Positions 63,651 to 64,000 of a stretch of DNA of 64,000 nt are shown in pieces. The position numbers and the translations under genes were made by a program. Every line of letters starts with the position of its first letter. Position 1 is the first letter of the stretch. The notes under the pieces were generated by a model. The model saw only the letters and a list, made by a program, of their open reading frames with translations, did not search any database and had not been told where the DNA came from. The stretch is from Cenococcum geophilum (lineage: Eukaryota): positions 9,610,001 to 9,674,000 of the forward strand of contig CP158635.1 of the NCBI GenBank assembly GCA_050273025.1. Reading direction: 5' to 3'.

Positions 63651-64000
63651 ATGGCAACGTCTTTTAATACTTTCCGCCTCCCTCAGACGCACGTACACTC
63701 TCAGTTCATATATTATAACGGCTCCCCTGCGCCAAAAACCCCTCGACGTTACACCCCAAAAAATGCTCCGTCCATCGCCGATGAATGGCACGACATTGAG
63801 ATTCTGAGGACCGAGCTAGGATCGAACACCAAATCCGAGGATAGAGGAGTTCTCACACCCACGTCCAATAGAGCTGAATCTATGGATTTAGAATACTTAG
63901 GTAGGCTTCCCCACAGTGGCGAGGCAATGTTTTGTTTATATTAGCCTTGCATAATGCATAACATATACGCAGACGGCAGAATCGACGGTGAAATCGGTGG
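63651..64000 (+). CDS. 5' part of a host gene of unknown function (exon 1 63651-63900, intron 63901-63972, exon 2 runs off the window)
   Basis: Non-RIPed DNA with a CT-rich upstream tract and ATG in GCAATGG context. AG|GTAGGC donor, CATAAC branch-like site and CGCAG acceptor. The spliced frame stays open (..EYLDGRIDGEIG). Confidence 0.6.

Overview
Filamentous-ascomycete (Pezizomycotina-type) DNA. About 62 kb (1-62045) is one block of nested transposons damaged by repeat-induced point mutation (RIP: strong TpA excess, CpA/TpG depletion, stop codons where CAA/CAG/TGG are expected). It ends abruptly at about 62045, followed by about 2 kb of non-RIPed DNA with the 5' end of a spliced host gene (63651 onward). 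TSDs and paired LTRs resolve a deep nest: a Gypsy relic, then Gypsy B, then chromovirus A (10064-34996), then a GalEa-type Copia (10472-21781), then a Helitron (11087-16205). The window also has Tad1-like LINEs, three hairpin/MITE elements, a satellite-filled TIR element, solo LTRs and two related chromoviruses (D, E) inserted head-to-head. Best leads: (1) an intron-containing antisense gene in the 3' region of chromovirus D that de-RIPs to a Zn2Cys6-like cluster plus coiled coil; (2) a LINE chimera carrying a foreign 1.85-kb 5' part inside one TSD; (3) a palindromic TGT..ACA element with a 5-bp TSD; (4) RIPed non-TE-looking spliced genes (CxC motif plus 17-aa repeats; F-box-like); (5) a short non-RIPed AT-rich insert in Gypsy pol. 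All TE proteins are manual de-RIP reconstructions. No database searches were run.
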